Source: Octopus sinensis | Lineage: Eukaryota | DNA: 64,000 nucleotides | Reading direction: 5' to 3' | Assembly (NCBI RefSeq): GCF_006345805.1 | Contig: NC_043002.1 | Coordinates: forward strand, 58,466,001-58,530,000 | Shown here: positions 1 to 11,851 of the stretch, in pieces | Layout of the letters: every line of letters begins with the position of its first letter | Numbering within the stretch: the first letter of the stretch is position 1 | Notes under the pieces: model-generated | Seen by the model: the letters and a program-made list of their open reading frames with translations, nothing else | Told to the model about the DNA's origin: nothing | The model's database searches: none | Program-made: the position numbers and the translations under genes

Positions 1-121
1 TGGTGGGAGATTTTAATTCAAAACTTATGAAAACAAGACCTTTGTACTACAGAGCCAGAACTGGTTTCAGTTGGGTTGATATCAAAAGGGTTAAGAATTG
101 TTTCTCTATTATATATTTTAA

Positions 122-342
122 CCCTTTTTTTAACCATATTTCTGTTGAGATGTTCTGTGTTTCTTTCAATTACTTTAAATATAACAAAGAATTTAGTAAA
201 ATAACTTAGTTATCATTCAGCTAGTGTTAGGAATATAAATTGTGACTAAGGTTTGGTGGAAGATTTTAATTCAAAACTTAGGAAAACAAGACATTTGTAC
301 TCAGAGCCAGAGCCAGTTTCAGCTGGGTTGGTAAGGAAAGGG
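122..342. mobile_element. piggyBac-like MITE; a partial sister copy lies at 1-90
   Basis: TTAA|CCCTTT...AAAGGG|TTAA. Confidence 0.75.
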
Positions 343-890
343 TTAATTAAATATGATTGAGAAGTTTGACGAAATATATTCCTCTAAACAAAAAAATTTT
401 TTTAAATAATTTTTTTAACAACAATAAGATCAAACAAGGTTTAAGACAAGAAAAACCTTTCCTGTAGCTATGCAGTAAGAAGCTTGCTTCCCAACCACAT
501 GGTTCTGGGTTCAGACCCACTGTGTGAAACCATGGGCAAGTGTCACCTAATATAACCTCAAGCCAACCAAAGTCTTGTGAGCAGATTTCGTAGATAGAAA
601 CTGAAAGAAGCATGTTGTGTGTGCGTGTGTGTGTGTGTGTATATATATATAATATATATATATATTAATCAATATAGGGTGGCAAGGAAAATTTTGTAGA
701 ATTTTATTGCCACCAGCGGCCCAGCGGGAAAAAAATTAAATAGTCATAGACCATTTTTAAGTTCAACATTAACAATTAAGGAACGGCCATAATAGGCCAT
801 TCACCCACTAGAAATAACAGCCAAAGCTTCTACCGCAAATAAAGATTAATTCCGTAAACAGGAGAAAATTAAAAAAACATTTACCCTGTA

Positions 891-997
891 ATTTCTTGTA
901 CGGTATACCGTTTCATGCGCTGTTTAATGGTAAACTAACCTGATTAAATTAAATCAAGCCAATCTTCCATAAGCCCTCGGATTCTTCAGCAAGAAAT
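891..997 (-). ncRNA. Type I hammerhead ribozyme with elongated stem II; predicted cleavage GUA between 899 and 898
   Basis: AUUUCUUG-CUGAAGA-[68-nt stem II, AUCCG...CGCAU, with an inner 13-bp WC/GU hairpin]-GAA-ACGGUAUACCGU-A-CAAGAAAU: perfect 8-bp stem I and a palindromic stem III. Confidence 0.82.
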
Positions 998-1744
998 AGC
1001 TCAAGTCGGAACAGATATATACACGAGGCATACCCAATCTTGCCAAGTCAATATCTGACCTAAAATTTTCAAATCGTCGCACTCGCGCCAAATTTATCGG
1101 CAGCAAATAAATATCAGCCGTCGATTCCATTACGGAATTAACCAAAAAATTCATAATTAATCAATATAGGGTGGCAAGGAAAATTTTGTAGAATTTTATT
1201 GCCACCAGCGGCCCAGCGGGAAAAAAATTAAATAGTCATAGACCATTTTTAAGTTCAACATTAACAATTAAGGAACGGCCATAATAGGCCATTCACCCAC
1301 TAGAAATAACAGCCAAAGCTTCTACCGCAAATAAAGATTAATTCCGTAAACAGGAGAAAATTAAAAAAACATTTACCCTGTAATTTCTTGTACGGTATAC
1401 CGTTTCATCCGCTGTTTAATGGTAAACTAACCTGATTAAATTAAATCAAGCCAATCTCCATAAGCCCTCGGATTCTTATTTCTAGTGGGTGAATAGTAAT
1501 ATATATATATATATATATATTAATCAATATAGGGTGGCAAGGAAAATTTTGTAGAATTTTATTGCCACCAGCGGCCCAGCGGGAAAAAAATTAAATAGTC
1601 ATAGACCATTTTTAAGTTCAACATTAACAATTAAGGAACGGCCATAATAGGCCATTCACCCACTAGAAATACAGCCAAAGCTTCTACCGCAAATAAAGAT
1701 TAATTCCGTAAACAGGAGAAAATTAAAAAAACATTTACCCTGTA

Positions 1745-1851
1745 ATTTCTTGTACGGTATACCGTTTCATGCGCTGTTTAATGGTAAACTAACCTGATTA
1801 AATTAAATCAAGCCAATCTTCCATAAGCCCTCGGATTCTTCAGCAAGAAAT
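1745..1851 (-). ncRNA. Second copy of the elongated-stem-II hammerhead; cleavage between 1753 and 1752
   Basis: Same 107-nt sequence as 891..997. Confidence 0.8.
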
Positions 1852-2348
1852 AGCTCAAGTCGGAACAGATTATACACGAGGCATACCCAATCTTGCCAAG
1901 TCAATATCTGACCTAAAATTTTCAAATCGTCGCACTCGCGCCAAATTTATCGGCAGCAAATAAATATCAGCCGTCGATTCCATTACGGAATTAACCAAAA
2001 AATTCATAATTAATCAATATAGGGTGGCAAGGAAAATTTTGTAGAATTTTATTGCCACCAGCGGCCCAGCGGGAAAAAAATTAAATAGTCATAGACCATT
2101 TTTAAGTTCAACATTAACAATTAAGGAACGGCCATAATAGGCCATTCACCCACTAGAAATAACAGCCAAAGCTTCTACCGCAAATAAAGATTAATTCCGT
2201 AAACAGGAGAAAATTAAAAAAACATTTACCCTGTAATTTCTTGTACGGTATACCGTTTCATCCGCTGTTTAATGGTAAACTAACCTGATTAAATTAAATC
2301 AAGCCAATCTCCATAAGCCCTCGGATTCTTATTTCTAGTGGGTGAATA

Positions 2349-2390
<42 letters not shown>

Positions 2391-3238
2391 TATATATAAA
2401 TAAATACACACATATATATATATTTGTGTCTGTGTTTGTCCTTAATTCTACAAAATGAATGTAAAAATGATGGAAGACAATGATGCCATGCCATATATGT
2501 CTATATCAGCATCATTTTAACATCCATGTTTCCATGCATGCATGGGTCAGTTGAATTTTGTAGAGCAGATTCTACAGCTGGATGCCCCTCCTGTTGCCAA
2601 CCCTCACCTGTTTCCCAATAAGACGATATTTCCACATGGCGGGACATATTTTCAACAAAGACTGGAAATGAAGGACACTGCCTGTACGACAGTGACACTC
2701 ATTTACAACTAATACACGATGTCAAGACAAGGGGACAAAAACACACACACACTTCCAAGGTTTTGGTCGGTCTAAGGCTATCGTAAAAGACACTTGCCCA
2801 GGGTGCCACACAGTAGGACTGAACCTGAAACCAGGTGGTTGGGAAGTAGAACTCTTAACTATATAGCCATGCCCTGCATATAAGCATAATAATTAAACAG
2901 TGAGTTCCTTCTGAGCGTTGGGCCCCATGGAGGCAATGACCAAGACCTTTGGCATTATGTCTTGCTTGAAAAGACCCATTAAACCGAGCAAAATCGCACT
3001 CATGAAAAATACTGGTGCCACGCAGATGGCACCCATGCCAGTGGCACGTAAAAGCACCCATTACACTCTCAGAGTTGTTGGCATTAGGAAGGGTATGTGG
3101 CTGTAGAAAACCATACTGAGTCAGACTGAAGTCTAGTGCAGCCTTCCAGCTTACCAGCCCCGGTCAAACCATCAAACCCATACCAGCATGGACAATGGAC
3201 ATTAAATGATGATGATGATGATGACCAAAAATATTTAC

Positions 3239-3411
3239 CTTGTCTACCGTCCTCTTTGTCTTCTTCGTCAGCTGTGGAAACAGTGATAAAATCGATGACT
3301 TTTGAAGTGAAATCAAAAACAACATGGTTCTCTTCCTGCATTACGGTGACAGTGTGCTTATCTCCATAGCTAGCACGTGGCATGCCACCCGAAAATATGT
3401 AAAACGGACCA
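3239..3411 (-). CDS. lgl: lgl exon (173 nt, phase 2->1): (S)GPFYIFSGGMPRASYGDKHTVTVMQEENHVVFDFTSKVIDFITVSTADEEDKEDGRQ
   Basis: Acceptor ctcgttcctcgtatag|T; donor G|gtaaat; LLGL-domain motifs; lies within provided ORF 3084..3497. Confidence 0.95.
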
Positions 3412-4187
3412 CTATACGAGGAACGAGAGAAAAGAAAAAGATAAAGAAAAGAATAAGGTTTCTGTTTGCATTTAATAATCAAAAACAGGGATAACATTAG
3501 TTTTTACCAAGCTCGGGTCAACTTCCTTTAATCTGTTACTTGTTTCAGTCGTTTAACTGTGGCCATGCTGGTGCACCACTTTGAAGGGTTTTAGTTGAAC
3601 AACTCAACCCCAGGACTTACTTTTTTAGGCCTAGTACTTATTCTGTCAGTCTCTTATTGCCAAACCACTAAGTTATGGGGACGTAAACACACCAACAAGG
3701 GCACGTATATGCATACAGACACACACACACAGACACATACACACACATGCAGGCACACATGCATGCAGACACAGACACATACAAATACATAGACACACAC
3801 ACACATGCACATACAGACACACATACACATATTCAACAGGCTTCTTACAGTCTCTGCCAAATCCACTGCCAAGGTTTTGGTCAGCAAAGGACAATAGTAG
3901 AAGGCACTTGCCCAAAGTGCCACACAGTGGGACTGAACCTGGAACCATGTGATTGGGAAGTCACACCGGTCAAATTTTCCACTGAAATTCTAGCCATATG
4001 GTGAATCATGTGAGGCCATGTCTATTTCCAACACACACATTTTGCATTCATTCCCCTCGACCAATCATCGGCAGTTTTATCATTACGAGCTGCTTGTCAT
4101 AGAGAACAAAATATATAACATGACCTCAATGCTAAACCCGAGAGCACAACAGCAGGAAACTATTGGACTAAAATCAGTTAATGACTA

Positions 4188-4605
4188 TGATGATGATGAT
4201 GAAGATGATGGTGGTGGTGATGATGATGGTGGTGACGATGATGATGATGATGATGATGGGAGTGATGATGGTGATGATGAAGATGACGATGAAGATGACG
4301 AAGATGATGATGATGAAGATGACGAAGACGAAGATGACGAAGACGATGAAGACAAAGATGACGATGAAGACGATCAAGACAAAGATGACGATGAAGACGA
4401 AGGTGGCAATGACAAAGATGACGATGATAAAGATGACAATGATGATAAAGATGACGATGATGAAGATGACGATGATGAAGATGACGATGATGAAGATGAC
4501 GATGATGACGATGATGAAGATGACGATGATGAAGATGACAATGATGAAGATGACAATGATGATGACGAAGATATCGATGAAGATATCGATGATGAAGATG
4601 AATAT
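4188..4605. repeat. Degenerate (GAT/GAC/GAA)n trinucleotide repeat
   Basis: Source of the poly-D, poly-M, poly-H, poly-S and poly-I ORFs. Confidence 0.95.
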
Positions 4606-4666
4606 AAACCAAAATCATGCATCTACTGACTGTTTGACTTTTATATATTCTATATGTGGTTGTGTA

Positions 4667-4958
4667 CAGTGACGGACTGGCCAGGTTGCCAGTGCTACTA
4701 GAATCCATATATGGGGGCCCATGTTAGTATCTAAGGGGTTCATCCCTTCAAGTTTGAAAATTTTTTATTCACTCCTGGAAGAATGCATTAATTATTTCAG
4801 CCTGGCTGTGTTTGTAGACAGTTGAAAAGAATACTTTTAACAAAAAAAAAAAAAAAATTAAATGATAGCATTGTAGTTGCAGCTGGGCCCCCTTGTAGTT
4901 GCAGGCAGACCCCCTTAGTCTCCTGGCAACCAATATTTTTAGACCCAGTCCGCCACTG
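4667..4958. mobile_element. hAT-type MITE, 292 bp
   Basis: TIRs CAGTGACGGACTGG / CCAGTCCGCCACTG; perfect 8-bp TSD GTTGTGTA. Confidence 0.85.
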
Positions 4959-5454
4959 GTTGTGTATGTATACATTTATATACACACATGTAACCACATG
5001 TGGTCTGTTGGCGTTTTTTCCTCATTTTTCTGTCTTTCTCTTCGGACTTTCCTGTTTCCAATGAAGAGCTATGCTTGAAATGTTAACAACTCTCTCCCTT
5101 TACCGAGCATCTAATTAATACATTTCTTGTGCACGTTCTCATGTTTGTTTGTTTTTTTGTTTTACTCTGTTTTTTTTTAATTGATTGAGTGGCTGTGTGG
5201 TAAGAAGCTTGCTTCCCAGCCACATGGTTCTGGGTTCAGTCCTACTGCGCAAAACCTTGGACAAGTGACTTCTGCTATAGCCTCGGGCTGACCAAAGCTT
5301 TGTAAGTAGAATTGGTAGTCAGAAACTGAAAGAAGCCCATCATGTTTGTGTGTCTGTGTTTGTCCCTACCACCATTGCATGACAACCGATGTTGGTGTGT
5401 TTACATCCCTGTAACTTAGCGGTCTGGCAAAAGAGACTGATAGAATAAGTACTA

Positions 5455-5685
5455 TGCATCCTCCCTTCTCGAGCCAATCCTCCCAATCTCCTCCTCCATG
5501 TTTTCCTTGGTCTACCTCGCTTTCTCAGTCCATTTACCTCAAACTCTAGCACCCGCTTCAGAACATGCCCCTCATCCTTCCTCAACACATGCCCATACCA
5601 CCGCACTCCATTCGCCCTTGACAGCCATTCCACTGATTCCTCCAATCCCAGCATCCCCATCAAGTCCTCAGTCCTCCTCTTATCA
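5455..5685 (-). pseudogene. RTE-type LINE ORF2 C-terminal remnant inside a SINE
   Basis: LGLEESVEWLSRANGVRWYGHVLRKDEGHVLKRVLEFEVNGLRKRGRPRKTW. Confidence 0.8.
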
Positions 5686-6578
5686 AACATACATATATAC
5701 ACACAACAAGCTACTTTCAATTTCCATCTACCAAATCCATTTGCAAGGCTTTGGCCAGTCCTAGGCTACAGCAGAAGACACTTGAGACACTTGTCCGAGG
5801 TGCAATGCAGTGGGACTGAACCCAGAACCACGTAGTTGGAAAGCAAGCTTCTTACCACATAGCCACGTCTGTACTCACAATAATGTAAGGTTTGAGATCA
5901 AGAGCAAATCAGGTTCGTGGAGGCCATCTCTCTCTCCAAACTAATAGTGGCAAAGAATATGACTCCTTCACAAAACAAACTAACAACAACAAACTAAAAA
6001 AAAAACCCCTCTAATTACTGTTGCTGATATATTTAGATGAAATTGCCATTGAGAGTTTGGCATATTTGTGAGGAACCCATGAGAACAGAACCAAAACATG
6101 GATTACAACATCAGCCTTTCACCACACATGTCAGCACCCTGTCAACTCTAGGTAAGTTGTAGCACTTTATCACAACCAGCTGACAGCTGTACACACTCTT
6201 CACCTCGGTCTATTTCACACTTCTTCTCAAAGTTACCAACTAACGGTTATATACACTCCTATCCTAACAATTCTATAACACAAAATACTATATACACACT
6301 GCTGCATTGATTAGCTTTATTTTTGTTTAGAAACAAATGAAATTAAAACAAAATCTGTTTCTCATTTTGATACAGGCATGCTTATGTATGTACATATGTC
6401 ATACGTATGTATGTATGATAGATGCATGTACACATACATATGCTTGTATGTATACACACACAACCACATGCATCACAAAACACACATATATACATTCATC
6501 TAACACACATTTACCAAACACAAATATAAATACACACACACATATTTAAATCTAGATAAAAGAAAAGAATTCACTTAC

Positions 6579-6630
6579 GATTTAGAGGATTTCCACTGAA
6601 TCTTACTGATGGCTTTACAAGGAAATGGTC
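6579..6630 (-). CDS. lgl: lgl exon (52 nt, phase 1->2): (G)PFPCKAISKIQWKSSK
   Basis: Acceptor ttttcttctttcag|GA; donor TC|gtaagt; GPFPCKAI.KI.W motif. Confidence 0.95.
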
Positions 6631-7783
6631 CTGAAAGAAGAAAAAAATTAAAATCGTCATCATCATCGTTTAACGTCTGTTTTCCATGCTGGCTTGGGTT
6701 GGACGATTTGACTGAGGACTGGCGAACCAGATGGCTGCACCAGGCTCCAATCTGATCTGGCAGAGTTTCTATAGCTGGATGCCCTTCCTAATGCCAACCA
6801 CTCCAGGAGTGTAGTGGGTGCTTTTATGTGCCACCGGCACGAAGGCCAGTCAGGCGGTACTGGCAACGGCCATGCTCAATTGGTGTTTTTTACGTGCCAC
6901 CTGCACAGGAGCCAGTGCAGCGGCACTGGCAATGATCTCGCTCAAATGTTTTTTCACATGCCACCAGCACAAGTGCCAGTAAGGCAACACTGGTAACGAT
7001 CACGCTCAAATGGTGCTTTTTATGTGCCACCAGCATGGAAGCCAGTTAGCTGCTCTGGCAACAATCACACTCGGATGGTGCTCTTAGCACTCCACTAGCA
7101 CAGATGCCAGTCATTGAATTTGATATAAAAATATAATAATGATATAAAAATCATTATTTTTATATCAGCTTTCTATGTCAGCATGGGTTAGATGGATCAT
7201 CACAGTCTTGAGCAAGTTGCCAAGCGCTGATCCCAAAGACTGGTGTCTGTAAATGTCATTATCTGACTGGATTTCTATGAATGGATGGCACTCTTTACAC
7301 CACTGCATGCACTTTTTTGTGGCACAAACACAAGAGATGTTGAAGAGTTCCAAGTGAGTCAGGACTATAGGGATCCAGGAGCCCTACAATTTCTCTATTC
7401 AAATTATAATACAGGTGTTACTTGAGGACACTTCCTGTGGCACCAACCTTCACCCGTTTCCAAGCAATGTAATATTTTCTGATAACTTGAGACAGTTTTC
7501 ATGGAAGGTTGGAAATGAACAATGCCGCTTGTATGAGGGTGATGCTCATTTACAATCATCACAATATCAAGATGAGGATACACACACACACACACACAAT
7601 GACACGTTTCCTTCAGTTTCATTTACAAACTCCACTTATAGGGCTTTAGTTGACCAGGGGACATAGTAGAAAACACCTGCTCAATGTGCCACACAGACGG
7701 ACTGAGCCCCAACCACATGGTTAGGGAGCAAGCTTCTTAACCCCACAACCAGGTGTGCACCTATTCAAAAATACGCAACTTAC

Positions 7784-7994
7784 CATAAGGTGTTGTCGAA
7801 GACTCTTTTGGAGACGAAGATTCCTCGGTGCTCCATTTTAGATAGCTGCCATCTGCATGCGCAGTAATGAAATCTGTACCATTACGGTGCCAGTCCAAAC
7901 TCTCCAGCTGTTGGCTTGCATTGTAAGTACGGTCAGCATTGTTGGTTTTGTTGTCCCACAGAACTATGTAACCACGATTGAATCCAATAAGAAA
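7784..7994 (-). CDS. lgl: lgl exon (211 nt, phase 0->1): FLIGFNRGYIVLWDNKTNNADRTYNASQQLESLDWHRNGTDFITAHADGSYLKWSTEESSSPKESSTTPY
   Basis: Acceptor ttcttctctttatag|TTT; donor G|gtaagt; LIG..RG..V.W, QQLESL.W and AH.DGSY..W motifs. Confidence 0.95.
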
Positions 7995-8035
7995 CTATAA
8001 AGAGAAGAAAAAAAAAGAAAATGATTCCCACTCAA

Positions 8036-8247
8036 TTAACCTCTTAGATTTCAGATTACTCCATATATTGTAATCATTATTCACAATGCTTTCTATTAAT
8101 CATGCATTATCTCATAGTTTAGAGATTTCCATGATGCAGTTGTTTACTTTTAGAATGTCACCTTAAGTGCGAGAGCCCGGATCTGGTCAGTTTGAACATA
8201 GAACAAGTAGAATATTTGGGCCTGATTTGGTCAATTTAAGGGGTTAA
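8036..8247. mobile_element. TTAA-flanked MITE family; other copies near 35060-35285, 36360-36560, 40860-41065 and 53610-53825
   Basis: Recurrent ttaaccc..tagcattcagatt...gggttaa-type termini and shared interior. Confidence 0.55.
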
Positions 8248-8818
8248 AGGAAAACTTTAATTAATAATATTTATGGTTTTGTTAGTTAGTGGAGTTATGC
8301 CAAAACCTTGGCAGGATTTGAACTCAAAATATAAAAGGATACAAGAAATGCCACTCAGCATTTTGTCAAAAGCACTAACCATTTTGCCAACTTAAATAAT
8401 AATTTTTGATTTAGGTACAAAGCTAGTAATTCTGAGAAGAGGGGTTTGTTGAGAGAGAAGGGTGTTGGGATAAACCGGCACTTCTTTGGTTACAGCGATG
8501 AGGGTTCAGTTGATCAACAGAAAAGTTGGCTCACGTCATTAACATACAAGTGGCTGAGCATTCCACAGACACACGTACCCACAACATAGTTCTCAGGAAG
8601 ATTCGTGTGTGACAAAGAATGTGACAAGGCTGGCCCTCTGAAATACAGGGAGAACTCATTTTTGCCAGCTGAGCAGACTGGAATAATGTGAAATAAAGTG
8701 TCTTGTTCAAGGACACAACACACTACTGGGAATCGAACTCATGCCCTGATGATTAGGAACTGAATACCCAAACCACTAAGCCACATGCCGGTGGGATAAA
8801 CAATAACTCAAATGGTAC

Positions 8819-8888
8819 CTTGTCAGGATTGGTAGGATGAACAGCAATAGCCTCAACAGCACCTGGGTTTGACGAGACTTCAGGCATA
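8819..8888 (-). CDS. lgl: lgl exon (70 nt, phase 2->0): (S)MPEVSSNPGAVEAIAVHPTNPDK
   Basis: Acceptor tttttcattacag|T; donor AAG|gtacca; NPGAVEAI motif. Confidence 0.93.
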
Positions 8889-9213
8889 CTGTAATGAAAA
8901 AGATGTAAGGTATTGATAAGTCAACATTAATAAGCAAACACATTGTACAAGGGGATGTTGAAAAGTTCTCGGCATCAGGGGCATTGTGAAAGGACTGGTT
9001 GGAGGGCCAACCTTCCGAGTTCTTTTATGGGGCTTAGAAAAACTAAAGGATCACTGCAATAAGTGTGTGAATCTGAGTGGGGAATATATTGACTAAAACC
9101 ATAATTAACTGATCCTCCTGTATTTTCTTTTACCCAAAGCCAGGAACATTTCCGCACTCCCTTGTATTATCCATTATGTTAGAGTGTTAATGGTATATTC
9201 CTGTGGTGTAAAC

Positions 9214-9484
9214 CAGTGGTTTCTAATGTGGGCGGTACTGCCCTCATGGGGGTGGTGGAAAGATTCAGAGGGTGTTGAAGAAAGATGGGGCGATAATGGG
9301 GTGACCAAAATGGGGCAATGGATGGGAAAAAAACAAACAAACAAAATAAAGGGTTAATTAGGTTTAAGTTTTATTTCTGAAATACTTTGTTTTGAATAAT
9401 GGACTATGTCTGTGATGGTGAGTGCTGGAGGGGGAGGGACATTAGGAATTCAGGCCTTAGAACTGGGGGGGTGGGGAACCACTG
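9214..9484. mobile_element. hAT-type MITE, 271 bp
   Basis: CAGTGGTT...AACCACTG ends; perfect 8-bp TSD GTGTAAAC. Confidence 0.85.
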
Positions 9485-9945
9485 GTGTAAACAATCTGTC
9501 ACACAGTGGAAAGGGGATGGTAAGAGTTAGTGTGCAATAGAGAGAGAGATTCAAATGAATGCCACAAACACACATATGAATCTTACAGGTGTGCACATAA
9601 GAGAGAGTGTGGTATATGTGCATACACCATTAATATGTATGTGTATGTGTGTGAGGACTAACTCTTATGAAGAATACAGTTTATCTTCAAGTCACAAATG
9701 AATAAAGTATTTTTCATTCCGGTAATTTCAATCATTTGTTAACTTTTTTTTACTTATTCTATTATGTTATATTCTTTTTATTTGTTTGTCATTTGGCTGC
9801 AGCCATGCTGGAGCACCACCTTTTAGTTGAGCAAATCGACCCCAGTACTTATTTTATCAGTCTCTTTTTGCTAAACTGCTAAGTTACAGGGACGTAAACA
9901 CACACCAGCACCGGATGTCAAGCCATGTTGTGGGGACAAACACAG

Positions 9946-9979
<34 letters not shown>

Positions 9980-11704
9980 CATCGTCATCATCATCGTTGT
10001 TTAGCGTCCGTTTTCCATGCTAGCATGGGTTGGACGGTTCTACTGGGGTCTGTGAAGCCAGAAGGCTTCATCAGGCCCAGTCAAATCTGGCAGTGTTTCT
10101 ACGGCTGGATGCCCTTCCTAACGCCAACCACTCCGTGAGTGTAGTGGGTGCTTTTTACGTGCCACCCGCACAGGTGCCAGACAGAGCTGGCAAACGGCCA
10201 CGAACGGATGGTGCTTTTTATGTGCCACCGGCACAAGGGCCAGGCGAAGCTGGCAACGGACACGAAACGGGGCGGTGCTGGCAACGGTCGCGAAACGGAA
10301 GGTTCTCTTACATGCCACCGGCACTGGTAATACATCTGCAATTTCCATTGATCGATTTCCATTCTGATCCTCACTTGCCTCAACGGGTCTTCACAAGTAG
10401 AGTTTCGACATGCCACCGGCACTGGTAACACATCTGCAATTTCCATTGATCGATTTCGATTCTGATATACACATATATACGACAGGCTTCTTTAAGTTTC
10501 TGTTTACCAAATCCACTCAGAAGGCTTTGCTCAGCCCAAGGCTATAGTAGAAGACACTTGCCCAAGGTGCCACGCAATGGGACTGAACCTGGAACCATGT
10601 GGTTGGTAAGCAAGCTAGTTATCACACAACCACTCCTAAGCCTATAAATATATGTTATTATGTACTAAATGTGTGTGCGTGTGTGTGTATAAAACCTATG
10701 AACAAAATATTTAAAAAGCTGTATTGATAGATGTTTAATACTTGGTAGCTTCTAATGAAACTGAGGAATATCCATGGAATTGGTCAGCAATCCCCAATAC
10801 TTCTACAATGTAACAGCTACAAGTGATTTATCAAGCACACAAAGTCAGCATGATCAGTTTGAGAGATCAAGGGCATGTTCTATCAATTATGCAAAATATA
10901 CACCCACAGAAGTGGAGAAAAGGAAGCATCGTCTTCGTTCATTTATCATTATTTTAACATCCTCTTTTTCATGTTTGCATGAGCCAGATGGATATCAATG
11001 GGGCAGATTTTCTATGGTCAAATGTCCTTCCTATTGCCAGCCCTCACTCATTTTCATGTAAGGAATTAGTTTCCACATGGCCAGACATGCTCCACAGAAG
11101 ATTGGAAATGAATGACCCTGCTTGTATGACAGTGACACTCATTTACAATTATCACACGATATCAAGACAAGGATAGACAGGGCTTCTTTCAGTTACAGTT
11201 TACCAAATCTACTCACAAGGCTTCAGATTTTGGCCAGCTTTGAGCCATGGTACAAAAGAGGGGCTGAACCTGAAACCATGTAGTTGCAAAGTGGAATTCT
11301 TAGGCACACAACCATGCATTGAATATATACATTAGAAAGTTGTAATTGAACCATCATCACATCATCGTTCAATGTCCGTTTTCCATGCTGGCATGGGTTG
11401 GACAGTTTGACTGGGGTCTGAGAAGCCAGAGGGCTGCAATAGGCTCCAATCTGATTTGGCAATGTTTCTACAGCTGGATGCCCTTCCTAATGCCAACCAC
11501 TCCAAGAGTGTAGTGGGTGCTTTTTACATGCCACCAGCACAGGGGCCTGAAGGGGCTGGCAATGACCACAATTGGTTGGTGCATTTTGAAAAATGCTTAA
11601 TTTTAAGAAATCAACATTTGTTCTTAGATATATTTTGATCAAGTTGAAAAAAAAACAAAAAAAAAAAAATGGTTCCAAATGAAGAATTTGATTTCCACAT
11701 TTAC

Positions 11705-11851
11705 CTTTGCATGACGACATCTTGGCTGATGATTTGTTCCAAAAGTGTAAAAGTTTGCACCTCCAAAATATGGATATTTCCTCCCTCTGTACCAATAAGT
11801 AACTTATCACTATTCAGAGTCAAAGAGCATGTGGAAATGGTCTTCAGTTTG
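11705..11851 (-). CDS. lgl: lgl exon (147 nt, phase 2->2): (N)KLKTISTCSLTLNSDKLLIGTEGGNIHILEVQTFTLLEQIISQDVVMQ
   Basis: Acceptor ttttctcttttag|C; donor AG|gtaaat; GTEGGNI motif. Confidence 0.95.

Larger units (their letters stand above)
666..2350 (-). mobile_element. HHR-bearing 492-bp unit (PLE pseudo-LTR or retrozyme-like), arranged as [full unit + truncated unit + about 20-bp inverted piece + (TA)n] x2, period about 855 bp
   Basis: Unit starts (taatcaatatagggtggc) at 666, 1158, 1521 and 2011; (TA)n at both ends and in the middle; near-identical copies. Confidence 0.8.

Noticed and set aside
954-1154. 66-aa ORF in the 492-bp unit
   Set aside because: No recognisable motif; it runs into the ribozyme stem I and core.
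666-2350. The 855-bp block duplication as a definite biological event
   Set aside because: The two blocks differ mainly by single-base deletions, so an assembly duplication cannot be excluded. The 492-nt tandem within each block does not depend on it.
4018-4708. Long ORFs (203-aa D-rich, 176-aa H-rich, 163-aa M-rich)
   Set aside because: A (GAT)n-type repeat is stop-poor in several frames; the region is intronic and has no domain or splice support.
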